64,000 nt of DNA, taken from the NCBI GenBank assembly GCA_001784555.1, contig MFRM01000005.1:99802-163801 (forward strand). The letters are read 5' to 3'. The notes below the pieces were generated by a model, which searched no databases, was not told the DNA's origin, and worked only from the letters and a program-made list of their open reading frames with translations. How positions within the stretch are numbered: position 1 is the first letter of the stretch; each line of letters starts with the position of its first letter. This document shows positions 11,503-20,532 of this stretch, piece after piece. The position numbers and the translations under genes were made by a program. The DNA is from Candidatus Melainabacteria bacterium RIFCSPHIGHO2_02_FULL_34_12. GTDB taxonomy: Bacteria > Cyanobacteriota > Vampirovibrionia > 2-02-FULL-35-15.

Positions 11503-12789
11503 TCACTCCAAAACCCTAATCACATTCTCTACCTGTTTCACAGCATTTAATTTCTTCATCTCAATAATTGCATTTTGTATTTTTTCTTCTTTTACTGAAT
11601 GAGTAAGTAGTGTAATTGATGCTGTACCGTCGTGGTTTGTGCCTCTTTGAGTAAGTGCATTTATGCTTACATCATATTTACCGCAAATAGTTCCAAGCTG
11701 TCCTACCACTCCAGGTTTATCTTCTGCTCTTACTCTTAAAAAATAACAGTTTACTGTTTCTGAAATAGGTTTTATTTTCGCATAATTTTTATGATGACAT
11801 GTAAGTTGAGGATTTGGCTCTCTTGAGGAAGAAAGTTGTGCCACAAGAAGATTTATATCACCCACTACTGAACTTGCAGTGGGTAATTCTCCTGCACCGC
11901 GTCCTATAAGTGTAAGTTCACCGACAAGATTTCCTTCCACCAGCACCCCGTTATTTACACCAAAAACAGATGCAAGCGTATTTGTATTTTTAATAAATGC
12001 AGGATGAACCCTTATGTCAATTTTTTTGTCTGGATCAATTTTTGCAAGACCGATAAGTTTTAACCTGTATCCGAGTTCCTCAGCAAGACTTATATCCTCT
12101 GGTGTAATTTTTTCAATTCCTTCTGTATACACTTCATTTATTTTTATTCTTTCGTGAAATGCAATGCTTGCAAGGATTGCAAGCTTATATGCAGCGTCTT
12201 TACCGGAAATATCATTGGTAGGATCAGGCTCAGCGTAACCCAGCTTTTGTGCATCTTTTAAGCACACATCAAAATCTATATTCTTATTTAGCATTTCGGT
12301 GAGAATATAGTTTGTAGTGCCGTTCAAAATCCCCATGATTTTTGAGAAAGTATTTGCACTTAGAGTTTGTTTAAGAGTATTTATTATAGGAATGCCGCCA
12401 CAGACACTGGCCTCAAACTGAATCTGTACGTTTTTTTCTCTAGCCAAATCAAAAAGCTCGGCGCCATGTGTAGCAATTAAATCTTTATTTGCTGTAACAA
12501 TATGTTTTTTGTTTTGAATGGCTTTAGTAATAAGCTCTTTTGCAGGATTTATTCCGCCGAGAACTTCTACAATAATTTCGATTTCTGGGTCATTGACGAT
12601 TTCGTTTAAGTTTGATGTTAGTAGAGACGTTGTATACAACGTCTCTACTGGCCTTTTTTTATTTATGTCTCTTACACCGATTTTTTTAATTTCAATGTAT
12701 GGATGATTGATCAGGGTTTTTATTACACCTGTACCGACAGTTCCAGCACCAAGCAGTCCGATTTTTATTTTTTTATTAGATTCCGGCAT
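11503..12789 (-). CDS. hom: homoserine dehydrogenase
   Basis: 428 aa; NAD-binding GLLGAGTVG, catalytic domain, C-terminal ACT domain. Confidence 0.8.
   Translation of the reverse strand: MPESNKKIKIGLLGAGTVGTGVIKTLINHPYIEIKKIGVRDINKKRPVETLYTTSLLTSNLNEIVNDPEIEIIVEVLGGINPAKELITKAIQNKKHIVTANKDLIATHGAELFDLAREKNVQIQFEASVCGGIPIINTLKQTLSANTFSKIMGILNGTTNYILTEMLNKNIDFDVCLKDAQKLGYAEPDPTNDISGKDAAYKLAILASIAFHERIKINEVYTEGIEKITPEDISLAEELGYRLKLIGLAKIDPDKKIDIRVHPAFIKNTNTLASVFGVNNGVLVEGNLVGELTLIGRGAGELPTASSVVGDINLLVAQLSSSREPNPQLTCHHKNYAKIKPISETVNCYFLRVRAEDKPGVVGQLGTICGKYDVSINALTQRGTNHDGTASITLLTHSVKEEKIQNAIIEMKKLNAVKQVENVIRVLE
12621..12648. repeat. 28-bp GTAG...CTAC palindromic element (perfect), in frame in hom
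   Basis: gtagagacgttgtatacaacgtctctac; encodes PVETLYTTSLL on the minus strand. Confidence 0.85.
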
Positions 12790-12875
12790 ATTTAAAAATC
12801 ATAACTTATATTTATGAGAAAAATCTAATCATGTAACATGTATTAGATAATAAAACTAATTATAAAATAAACTTT

Positions 12876-13586
12876 ATGACAAATAGAATCCACGGACATT
12901 ACTTTATGCCTGACCCAAGAAGAAGAAGTCCTTTCACTCAATTTATTCATGAGTCTGTTCAAAGAGCTTCTGGCGTAACACATTCAGATTTAAGTTTAAT
13001 AGGCATGCATAATATGCCTGAAATTGCATCAGCTGTTACTCAGATGCTTATGGCTTGTCCAGTAAGAATTCGTAATGTAATTTTAAGTGCTTCAATAAAA
13101 AACGGATTTCTTGTAAGTCAGGCAAGACAAGGAAGATTTATGCTTCCAGTACAAGAACCTGTAAGAAAGATGATTGAGTACAGAGGTGAAGGAGAAGAAT
13201 TATTTTCAAGGATTGCAGACATTCAAAATCTCAAAGTGAATTTTACAACTGCTACTCAGAATGCACTTTTATGTACAGAAGAAAATGCTTGCATAGCAAG
13301 AAGAACACATATCTTTAATTTATTTTCATCATGCGGAGTAACTACTGTTAGTGATTTTGCTAATCTTGATATTCCTAATATGAGACTTATGGAATATCAA
13401 ATGGAGCTGACTAACTTTTACAATCCGGATTTAGATTCTAAAAGAATAGATGCAGAATATATATTAATTCTCCAGACAATGCAAAGAATTGTACAGAATC
13501 AGGGTTTTGTCCTCTATGCTCACATAGGAGCTACCAAAGCAAACATTTTTTGTGGGCCACCTGGAGCACTTATTTCTGGAACATAA
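12876..13586 (+). CDS. hypothetical protein (orphan, no recognisable domain)
   Basis: 236 aa ORF, locally GC-richer than its housekeeping neighbours. Confidence 0.4.
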   Translation: MTNRIHGHYFMPDPRRRSPFTQFIHESVQRASGVTHSDLSLIGMHNMPEIASAVTQMLMACPVRIRNVILSASIKNGFLVSQARQGRFMLPVQEPVRKMIEYRGEGEELFSRIADIQNLKVNFTTATQNALLCTEENACIARRTHIFNLFSSCGVTTVSDFANLDIPNMRLMEYQMELTNFYNPDLDSKRIDAEYILILQTMQRIVQNQGFVLYAHIGATKANIFCGPPGALISGT

Positions 13587-13678
13587 ATAATAAAGAAAAA
13601 ATAAAGATTTACATTTGATTAAACAAATCTAATGTAAAGGCCTTTACTCTTTATATTTAAAAACCTTAGTATATAAAT

Positions 13679-14278
13679 ATGAAACTGGATGCAATAAATT
13701 TAGGGACATTCACAAGGCAAAGCATAAGTGTGCTGTTGGCCTTAAGACAAGAACAAAGAAAAGCAGAAACACTTGTATTAAATGAATTAGTTGTAGACGA
13801 TAAGATTGCCCCACTTGATATAAAGCTAATGATAGAACATGGCTATGTAGTGGTTACAACTGAATTTAAAGATGATGCAGGCAATGAGCATACAGAACCT
13901 TTATTTGAATTAATTGGAACGACAGGAAAAGTTATGAGCTTACTTGAAAGTGGTTTGCCTGATGATAGTGAGGGAGTTAGGCGAGTCATGGAAAGAGCAG
14001 TTAGAGAATCTATTGAAGGATTACATGATGCAGACTATCTTCTAGCCAGAAGATTCATTGCACAGCACAGCCCTATCCGGATTGCAGAAACACCAGCTCA
14101 TCTAAGAGGATCTAGAAGAGTTCCCGGTTCCAAACCTATGTGTAATTTAGAACTGGTAGCATTAATGTCTTCAGGGGCAAATCCTATTAAAATACCTCCT
14201 GATCATATTGCTGATGATCTTTTACTTGAGGTTGGATCTAAAAAATCCAGAATAAGAATTTTAAGAGACGCTGCATAG
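13679..14278 (+). CDS. hypothetical protein (orphan)
   Basis: 199 aa ORF co-oriented with the preceding orphan. Confidence 0.4.
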   Translation: MKLDAINLGTFTRQSISVLLALRQEQRKAETLVLNELVVDDKIAPLDIKLMIEHGYVVVTTEFKDDAGNEHTEPLFELIGTTGKVMSLLESGLPDDSEGVRRVMERAVRESIEGLHDADYLLARRFIAQHSPIRIAETPAHLRGSRRVPGSKPMCNLELVALMSSGANPIKIPPDHIADDLLLEVGSKKSRIRILRDAA

Positions 14279-14531
14279 GTTATTTATCCTTTCCAGCTAT
14301 CAAAACCTCACCAAAATAAAATTTACCCTTCTCTTTTATTAAATAAATTTTATTTTCAATAGTCACTATACAAGTTCCCTTCTGAATATTGATTTTAATT
14401 GAATATTAATGAGTGATTTCTAATTGTGTATTTTGTATAGTGCAGATTTGGTCTTCTCTATTATCATTGTGATTTGCTAAAGATTCTGATAACTTTGAAA
14501 GAGATTTTAAAAAGTATTTGGAGGAAAAGAA

Positions 14532-15716
14532 ATGGCATTAAGAGTAGAAGATTTTCAAAAGGGTGGTTTTGAATTAAGGCCAAAATTACCAGGGAATGGT
14601 TCACAACATCTATGGAGAGGAACTGAAGCTGAAACATATCTGGCAGCAAACAGAAAAAGAATCCCTTCTTTCTTTAGTGGACAATATGCAGATCTAACCT
14701 TAGATAAATTTTGTGAGTTAGCAGTAAAGGCTGGTTGTAAAGCAGTTGAACTTGCATGCTGGGGAAAATGTGGCATTGACGTTCAAAAAGCTGCAACTGA
14801 TGAAAAATATTGCCAAGATATTCTTGAAACTGTTGCAAAGCATGGATTGGTACTGGAATCAATTAGTAGCCATTTAGTAGGTCAAGCAATTTCAGATGAA
14901 ATTATTGATGTAAGACATAAAGGCATTTTATCGCCAGATATATGGGGAGATGGAAACCCTGTGGGTGTAAGAACTAGAGCTATTGAGAAAATGAAACTTA
15001 CTGCAATAGCAGCAAAGAATTTAAATGTAAAAGTTGTAAATGGATTTACAGGCTCAAGAACCTGGCATCAGGAAGTATATGATTTCCCACCAACTCCAGC
15101 TGAAGTTTTACATAGAGGATATGTACAATTTGCAGATGATTGGAAGCCAATACTTGATGTATTTGGAGATAACGGTCGCTATTTTGCTCTTGAAGTTCAT
15201 CCAACAGAGCAGGCATTTAACCTGCATACTGCAGATAAAGCTATGAGAGCTTTAGATGATCATGAGCATTTTGGTTTTAACTATGATCCTAGTCACTTTG
15301 AACATCAAAGGATTAAACCAGATTTAGCTGCTGCATATTTATTACCAAGAATATTCCATGTTCATGATAAGGATGCTGAAAATGTTGAAGGTAACGGAGT
15401 TCATAATGCAGGCAAATATAACGGTGGAGTAAGATTTAGCGATGCAGATGTAGGCTGGGATTTCAGGTCACTTGGAAAAGGTGGTATTAACTTTAATGCA
15501 GTTACCAGAGCTTTAAATGCATATGGAAATAAAGAGCTTATGTATATAGGACCTAGATCTAAAGAATGGGAAGATGGGAATATGGACAGAGAAGATGGAG
15601 TTATAGAATCAGGGGCACATCAAAGAACCATTGATTTTACGCCATCATACGTTGCATTTGATCAAGGAATGGCAGATGCTTCAAAAACAGCACCAACAGA
15701 TGCTCCTAAACCATAG
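14532..15716 (+). CDS. sugar phosphate isomerase/epimerase family (xylose-isomerase-like TIM barrel)
   Basis: 394 aa; SD ggagga upstream; conserved E/H/D metal-ligand pattern (ALEVHP, HVHDKD). Confidence 0.5.
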   Translation: MALRVEDFQKGGFELRPKLPGNGSQHLWRGTEAETYLAANRKRIPSFFSGQYADLTLDKFCELAVKAGCKAVELACWGKCGIDVQKAATDEKYCQDILETVAKHGLVLESISSHLVGQAISDEIIDVRHKGILSPDIWGDGNPVGVRTRAIEKMKLTAIAAKNLNVKVVNGFTGSRTWHQEVYDFPPTPAEVLHRGYVQFADDWKPILDVFGDNGRYFALEVHPTEQAFNLHTADKAMRALDDHEHFGFNYDPSHFEHQRIKPDLAAAYLLPRIFHVHDKDAENVEGNGVHNAGKYNGGVRFSDADVGWDFRSLGKGGINFNAVTRALNAYGNKELMYIGPRSKEWEDGNMDREDGVIESGAHQRTIDFTPSYVAFDQGMADASKTAPTDAPKP

Positions 15717-15825
15717 TTCTAACCTTTGCTGAGACAGTTTTTCTTAATCTTGGAAAATTAGATTATGAAAACACTGAATTTTTTGAAAGGCAGATACCTA
15801 CTCTTAAACCCCTTCTTCTACATAC

Positions 15826-16926
15826 TTAAATATTAATTTTAAGCTGACTGTTTTCTGTATTTTTTCTCTCAACATTTAAATACTTAAATGCAGCATCAGT
15901 TACTATTCTTCCTCGCGTAGTTCTGGTTAAAAATCCTGCCTGTAGTAGATATGGCTCATAGCAATCTTCTATAGTCTGCCTCTCTTCACCCAGCGTTGCT
16001 GCCAGTGCATCTATTCCTACAGGACCTCCGTTGTAGTTTTCAATAATAGTTCTTAAAAGAAGCTTATCGTTTTCATCCAGACCGCTTGGATCTATTTTAA
16101 AAAGTTCAAGTGCACGTATGGTATCTTCTTTTTCTGTAACATCAATATTTTCATGCTGCGAAAAATCTCTTACTAGTCTGCTTAGTCTATTTGCAATTCT
16201 TGGAGTACCTCTAGCTCTTTTTGCGATTTCAAATGCTGCATCCTTCGTGATTTTGTATTTTAATACTTTACTTGAGTTTTCAATAATCTGGACTAGCTCC
16301 TCCTGACTGTAAAACTCCATTTTATAAATGTGTGTAAACCTGTCCCTAAGCGGGCTTGATAATGTACCAAGCCTTGTAGTGGCGCCGACAAGAATAAATC
16401 TGTTTACAGGAAGCCTGGCTACTCTAGCTGCCTGAGATTTTCCTACCGTAAGATCCAAAACATAATCTTCCATTGCTGAATAAAGAAGCTCTTCTGTAAC
16501 TTTGTTTAATCTGTGGATTTCATCTATAAATAAAACATCGCCTGAATTTAATGAAAGTAAAACACCGATAATATCTTTTGGCTGGGTAAGTGCAGGTGCG
16601 CTAAAAACTTTTGCTTCAGTACCGAGTTCGCGCGCCAGGATTATGGCACAGCTTGTTTTTCCAAGGCCAGGAGATCCATAAAGTAAGAAATGTCCAATGC
16701 TTGTAAGATCGCCTCTTTTTTTTGCAGCACCAATACAAACACGTAATAACTCTTTTAGTCTGCTTTGACCAATATACTGACTTAAATTATGCGGTCTTAA
16801 ACTTGGTTCAAATTGTTGATCAAGTTGTGTTGGTTCTGATTTTAAAGAGATCGTAGTTTGTGATATTTTATTCTTTTTTTTTATATCTTTTTCAGGTTTA
16901 TTGTCAGAGGTTGAGATTATTGTCAT
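15826..16926 (-). CDS. ruvB: Holliday junction branch migration ATPase RuvB, with ~25 aa N-terminal extension
   Basis: 366 aa; Walker A GSPGLGKTS, LRP motif, winged-helix C-term. Confidence 0.9.
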   Translation of the reverse strand: MTIISTSDNKPEKDIKKKNKISQTTISLKSEPTQLDQQFEPSLRPHNLSQYIGQSRLKELLRVCIGAAKKRGDLTSIGHFLLYGSPGLGKTSCAIILARELGTEAKVFSAPALTQPKDIIGVLLSLNSGDVLFIDEIHRLNKVTEELLYSAMEDYVLDLTVGKSQAARVARLPVNRFILVGATTRLGTLSSPLRDRFTHIYKMEFYSQEELVQIIENSSKVLKYKITKDAAFEIAKRARGTPRIANRLSRLVRDFSQHENIDVTEKEDTIRALELFKIDPSGLDENDKLLLRTIIENYNGGPVGIDALAATLGEERQTIEDCYEPYLLQAGFLTRTTRGRIVTDAAFKYLNVERKNTENSQLKINI

Positions 16927-17111
16927 ATGTTTATTGTATTGTAAATAATAATGCCATAGTTTTGGTTAAAACATTAAAACTTAATAACGTAGGACTGGCT
17001 TGATTTTTACATTTGGTGTAGAGTATTACTCAGTATTTTCGGGGCTTTCAGGTTATGAAGAACTGAAAATCTAATCAAATAGATAACTTTAAGATAAGAG
17101 AGGATAAAAAT

Positions 17112-17390
17112 ATGAACAAAGCAGACTTGATCGAATTAATAGCAAATAAAACAGGTACAAGCAAAAGGCAAGCAGAAGATTGTCTTGATATGGCAATCAG
17201 TGCAATTACAAAATCAGTTGCAAAAGGTGAAAAAGTAACCCTTGTTGGTTTTGGAACATTTCAAAGAAGAGAGCGCAAAGCCAGAAAAGGGCGCGACCCA
17301 AGAACAGGTGCAGAAATTAATATTCCTGCAAAGAAAGTTCCGGCATTCAGCGCAGGCAAACAATTTAAAGGCACTGTAAATAAAAAATAA
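17112..17390 (+). CDS. hup: DNA-binding protein HU
   Basis: 92 aa; MNKADLIE...GFGTF...RNPRTG-type arm (RKGRDPRTGAEI). Confidence 0.9.
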   Translation: MNKADLIELIANKTGTSKRQAEDCLDMAISAITKSVAKGEKVTLVGFGTFQRRERKARKGRDPRTGAEINIPAKKVPAFSAGKQFKGTVNKK

Positions 17391-17398
17391 TCCCTTCC

Positions 17399-17426
17399 GT
17401 AGGCGGGGTCCCGGGATCCCGCCTAC
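17399..17426. repeat. 28-bp GTAG...CTAC palindromic element, intergenic hup/oxidoreductase
   Basis: gtaggcggggtcccgggatcccgcctac, near-perfect palindrome 8 bp after the hup stop; no U-tract follows. Confidence 0.8.
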
Positions 17427-17437
17427 GTGAGATCATT

Positions 17438-18409
17438 ATGAAAACAAACATTGCACTTGTCGGATGTGGTAGCTGGGGCAGAAACCTGGCACGTAATCTT
17501 TATAGCCTCGGCGTTTTGTCTACCGTATGTGATGCAGATCCAAAAATTCTTGATTTTGTAAAAAAAACATATAGCGTAAAAATTACAGTTAATTTTTCTG
17601 ATGTAGTTTCAGATCCAGAAATAAAAGGTGTAATAATTGCAACTCCTTCACATACACATTATGCTCTTGCCAGACTTGCGCTCCTTGCAGGAAAGCATGT
17701 GTATGTAGAAAAACCGTTGGCACGAGGATATCTCCAGGCTCAGGAATTAAGCCATCTGGCAGGTGTGAAAAATTTAACCCTTATGGTTGGACATCTTTTG
17801 GTTTATCATCCTGCTGTAAATTGCCTGAGAGAATTAATTTTTAACGGCGAGCTTGGGGAAATAAGATTTTTAAATAGCGACAGAAGAAACTTTAATCAAA
17901 AAGCAAGAAGAGATAATAATGTTATCTGGGATCTTGCCCCGCATGATATTTCAATGATGAGTTATATTTTAGGACTGGAGCCGGCAGGAATTATTAATGC
18001 ATGCGGCTGGTCTACAAATAATGATTCTGTAATTGATGTGGCTCACTTGGATATAAATTTCCCGGGAGATATTCCTGCACATATTCATAATTCATGGATT
18101 GATCCACAGAAACAGGTTTTACTTACAGTAAACGGCAGTAAAAAAACAGCAGTTTTAAATGACATAAGAAAAGAAAACAAACTTGAACTTTATTCAGTAG
18201 AAGCAGACGGAACAGTAAATATTGATTCAGTAAGTTTCAGCGAAGAAGAACCCCTGAAATTAGAATGTGAACATTTTATTCATTGTATAGAGTCAGGCGA
18301 AGCACCGCGCTCAGACGGAACCAGCGGCTATCAGGTAGTTAAAATCCTGGAAGAAGCTGAGCAAAAGATGCATATAGAGAGCCGCATGGCGCTCTCGCGA
18401 TATATTTAA
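17438..18409 (+). CDS. Gfo/Idh/MocA family oxidoreductase
   Basis: 323 aa; N-term Rossmann VGCGSWG, EKP motif. Confidence 0.7.
   Translation: MKTNIALVGCGSWGRNLARNLYSLGVLSTVCDADPKILDFVKKTYSVKITVNFSDVVSDPEIKGVIIATPSHTHYALARLALLAGKHVYVEKPLARGYLQAQELSHLAGVKNLTLMVGHLLVYHPAVNCLRELIFNGELGEIRFLNSDRRNFNQKARRDNNVIWDLAPHDISMMSYILGLEPAGIINACGWSTNNDSVIDVAHLDINFPGDIPAHIHNSWIDPQKQVLLTVNGSKKTAVLNDIRKENKLELYSVEADGTVNIDSVSFSEEEPLKLECEHFIHCIESGEAPRSDGTSGYQVVKILEEAEQKMHIESRMALSRYI
18375..18398. repeat. possible degenerate palindromic element at 3' end of oxidoreductase gene
   Basis: tagagagccgcatggcgctctcgc; imperfect arms gagagc/gctctc; resembles the copy at 53936. Confidence 0.3.
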
Positions 18410-18502
18410 CAAAACCCATACAAATCAGTCTAGACAGAAAACATTTCAGGTAGTACAATATTTTCAAGCTTAGAAATAAATATTTAAGGAACTGCATAAA
18501 TA

Positions 18503-20041
18503 GTGCCACAGGTAAGTTTATTACAAAGAATTGTAAGACCAGGGGTTGTTCTTGCTGCTTTAGGAGCAGCAGGACTAGCCGTTAATTCTCAAGTAAATGA
18601 AAACCAAGCTCTTAGAGAACAAGATACAAACTTAAAGGAAACCTTAGATGAAAAAGAAACAGAAAGAAGCCAACAAATTGCTGCTCAACAAAGTGCAATA
18701 GCAAAACTTATACAGGAATCAAATCGAAAAAGTTCTGAATTTGATGGAAGACTTACCATACTTACACAAGCACAAGAAGATGAAAGAAATGAAAGAGATG
18801 ATCTAGTCGGAAGATTAGCTCAAACAGAAGATGAAAATCTTAGTTTAAAAGATAAGCTTGAAAATGAAAAAGCTAGAAATGAAGAACTTGCCACTGCATT
18901 AGATAACCTGACAAAAGTTGTTAGTTCAAAAGAAGATAAAGACGAGCTTGTTAAAGCAATTCAAAAAGTTGAACCATCTACTGTAATGATTGAGTCAGAT
19001 AGTGCAAAATGGGCTGGATCCATTTGGAAAATTAATGGAAAATTATTTCTTTCAACCGCAGCTCATCCTTATACAGATGTTGGGGACTTTGTTTTAACTG
19101 AAATAAAAGTAAAAGGACCAAATTACTCCTTTAAAATAACACCACCACCATTTAATGGAAATAAAGTAGCATTTTTCTCCTTTGCTGAGGAAAGCGATCT
19201 TGCTCTTATTCCATTACCTGATGATATTGTGAAAACTTTACCACCTGGCATTGGGCTTCCGCTTAGAAATTTAGCAAAAGATCCATTAAGAAAAGGGGAA
19301 GAAGTTCTTACTATAGGAAATCCAATTGGTCTTGAGCATACAGCAACACTAAGAACTATTTCTGGTTTGGGCAGATTTTTTGATCTGACTAATGGGGATA
19401 ATATAACCAAAGGGCAACACCTTGCAGAATATATTCAACTAGAGCCTGCTTTAAATGTTGGTAATTCAGGCAGCTCAGTAGTTGATTTAGAAGGAAGAGT
19501 AATAGCAATCTCATCATTTACAAATAGACAGGGCATAATGCCAACTGGTTTTGCAATAACAAATCTTAAAGAAACTCTCCAAGGCAGATGTGGCATGGAT
19601 GTAATGAGTGATGATGAAAAGTTAGCCTGGGAAATAAAGCGAATATCTAATCTTCGAAATCCTGCAAATATACCGTTGGTTTTAGCGGGCATTATTCCAG
19701 ATGAGGAAAGAATCCCTGAGCTGCCAGATTATAATGATGTAAGAACAAGGGCTTTAGCGCAAAGAGCAGAACAAGTAAGACAGAGATTACAATTTTTTGT
19801 GTCTTTATTTGGTGCTTTAAGAAAGCTTCCTGAATTCAAACCTCCTATACCAGACGATGGTTTGCCGTCTATAGAAGTGCCACCAGCCCCAGAAGATTTT
19901 TCTGAGGACACACCTTTAGTACCCATGCCAGATCCCTTATTTTCAGGACCAGATAAAAGCAAAGAGGTAGCACCTCCGCCAGCTGAAGAATCAGATGAAA
20001 AAATTATAAAGCTGGAAGAAAATGCTCCAGCACCTAAATAG
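18503..20041 (+). CDS. trypsin-like serine protease with N-terminal TM/coiled coil and Pro-rich C-terminus
   Basis: 512 aa, GTG start; S1 triad context TAAHP, DLALIPL, GNSGSS (cf. HtrA GNSGGP). Confidence 0.55.
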   Translation: MPQVSLLQRIVRPGVVLAALGAAGLAVNSQVNENQALREQDTNLKETLDEKETERSQQIAAQQSAIAKLIQESNRKSSEFDGRLTILTQAQEDERNERDDLVGRLAQTEDENLSLKDKLENEKARNEELATALDNLTKVVSSKEDKDELVKAIQKVEPSTVMIESDSAKWAGSIWKINGKLFLSTAAHPYTDVGDFVLTEIKVKGPNYSFKITPPPFNGNKVAFFSFAEESDLALIPLPDDIVKTLPPGIGLPLRNLAKDPLRKGEEVLTIGNPIGLEHTATLRTISGLGRFFDLTNGDNITKGQHLAEYIQLEPALNVGNSGSSVVDLEGRVIAISSFTNRQGIMPTGFAITNLKETLQGRCGMDVMSDDEKLAWEIKRISNLRNPANIPLVLAGIIPDEERIPELPDYNDVRTRALAQRAEQVRQRLQFFVSLFGALRKLPEFKPPIPDDGLPSIEVPPAPEDFSEDTPLVPMPDPLFSGPDKSKEVAPPPAEESDEKIIKLEENAPAPK

Positions 20042-20064
20042 AATAAATAAAAAATCTCTAAAAA

Positions 20065-20355
20065 TTATGATTTAATGGACTTACCGTGATAAGTCTCTGT
20101 ATTTTTCTCAATTGCACAAATTAATTCTTCTGCAAAATCATCTCCAAATACAGTTCTAAATTCATGATTTGCTTTTATAAGACTTAGCCAAGAACCTTTA
20201 TGAGTCATTTTAGTAATTAATTCATCAGCAACAAATGAAGGAGATTTTCTTATTGACCAGTATGAAACAAAATCATTTACTACTTCAGGTGCAATATCTT
20301 TTACCTGACTTAGGATTTTTTCAACTTCACTATCTTTTTTTATTAAATCTTTCAT
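20065..20355 (-). CDS. hypothetical small protein
   Basis: 96 aa ORF only. Confidence 0.3.
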   Translation of the reverse strand: MKDLIKKDSEVEKILSQVKDIAPEVVNDFVSYWSIRKSPSFVADELITKMTHKGSWLSLIKANHEFRTVFGDDFAEELICAIEKNTETYHGKSIKS

Positions 20356-20532
20356 GGCTATGTTTTTCTTTCCCCTAAATCAATTATCCTAATAGTTGAT
20401 TTTTAAGATTGTTACATTGATCACATTAGCTGCTTATTTTGGCTAAAAATTGTTATTTTGCCTGGGAAGTTAAACATACAGTGAAGTGGGTATATGTGAT
20501 CGCCATCACAATAATGCCTTAAAATAAAACTA

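Noticed and set aside
17393-17430. GC-rich hairpin right after hup, first read as a rho-independent terminator
   Set aside because: No U-tract follows. The sequence is a 28-bp GTAGG...CCTAC palindrome of the same family as the intragenic elements, so it is classed as a repeat, although it may still affect termination.
19860-19887. agacgatggtttgccgtctatag in the protease gene, resembling the AGACG...CGTCT copies
   Set aside because: Only the 5-bp AGACG/CGTCT ends pair and the sequence is not GC-rich; too weak to call.
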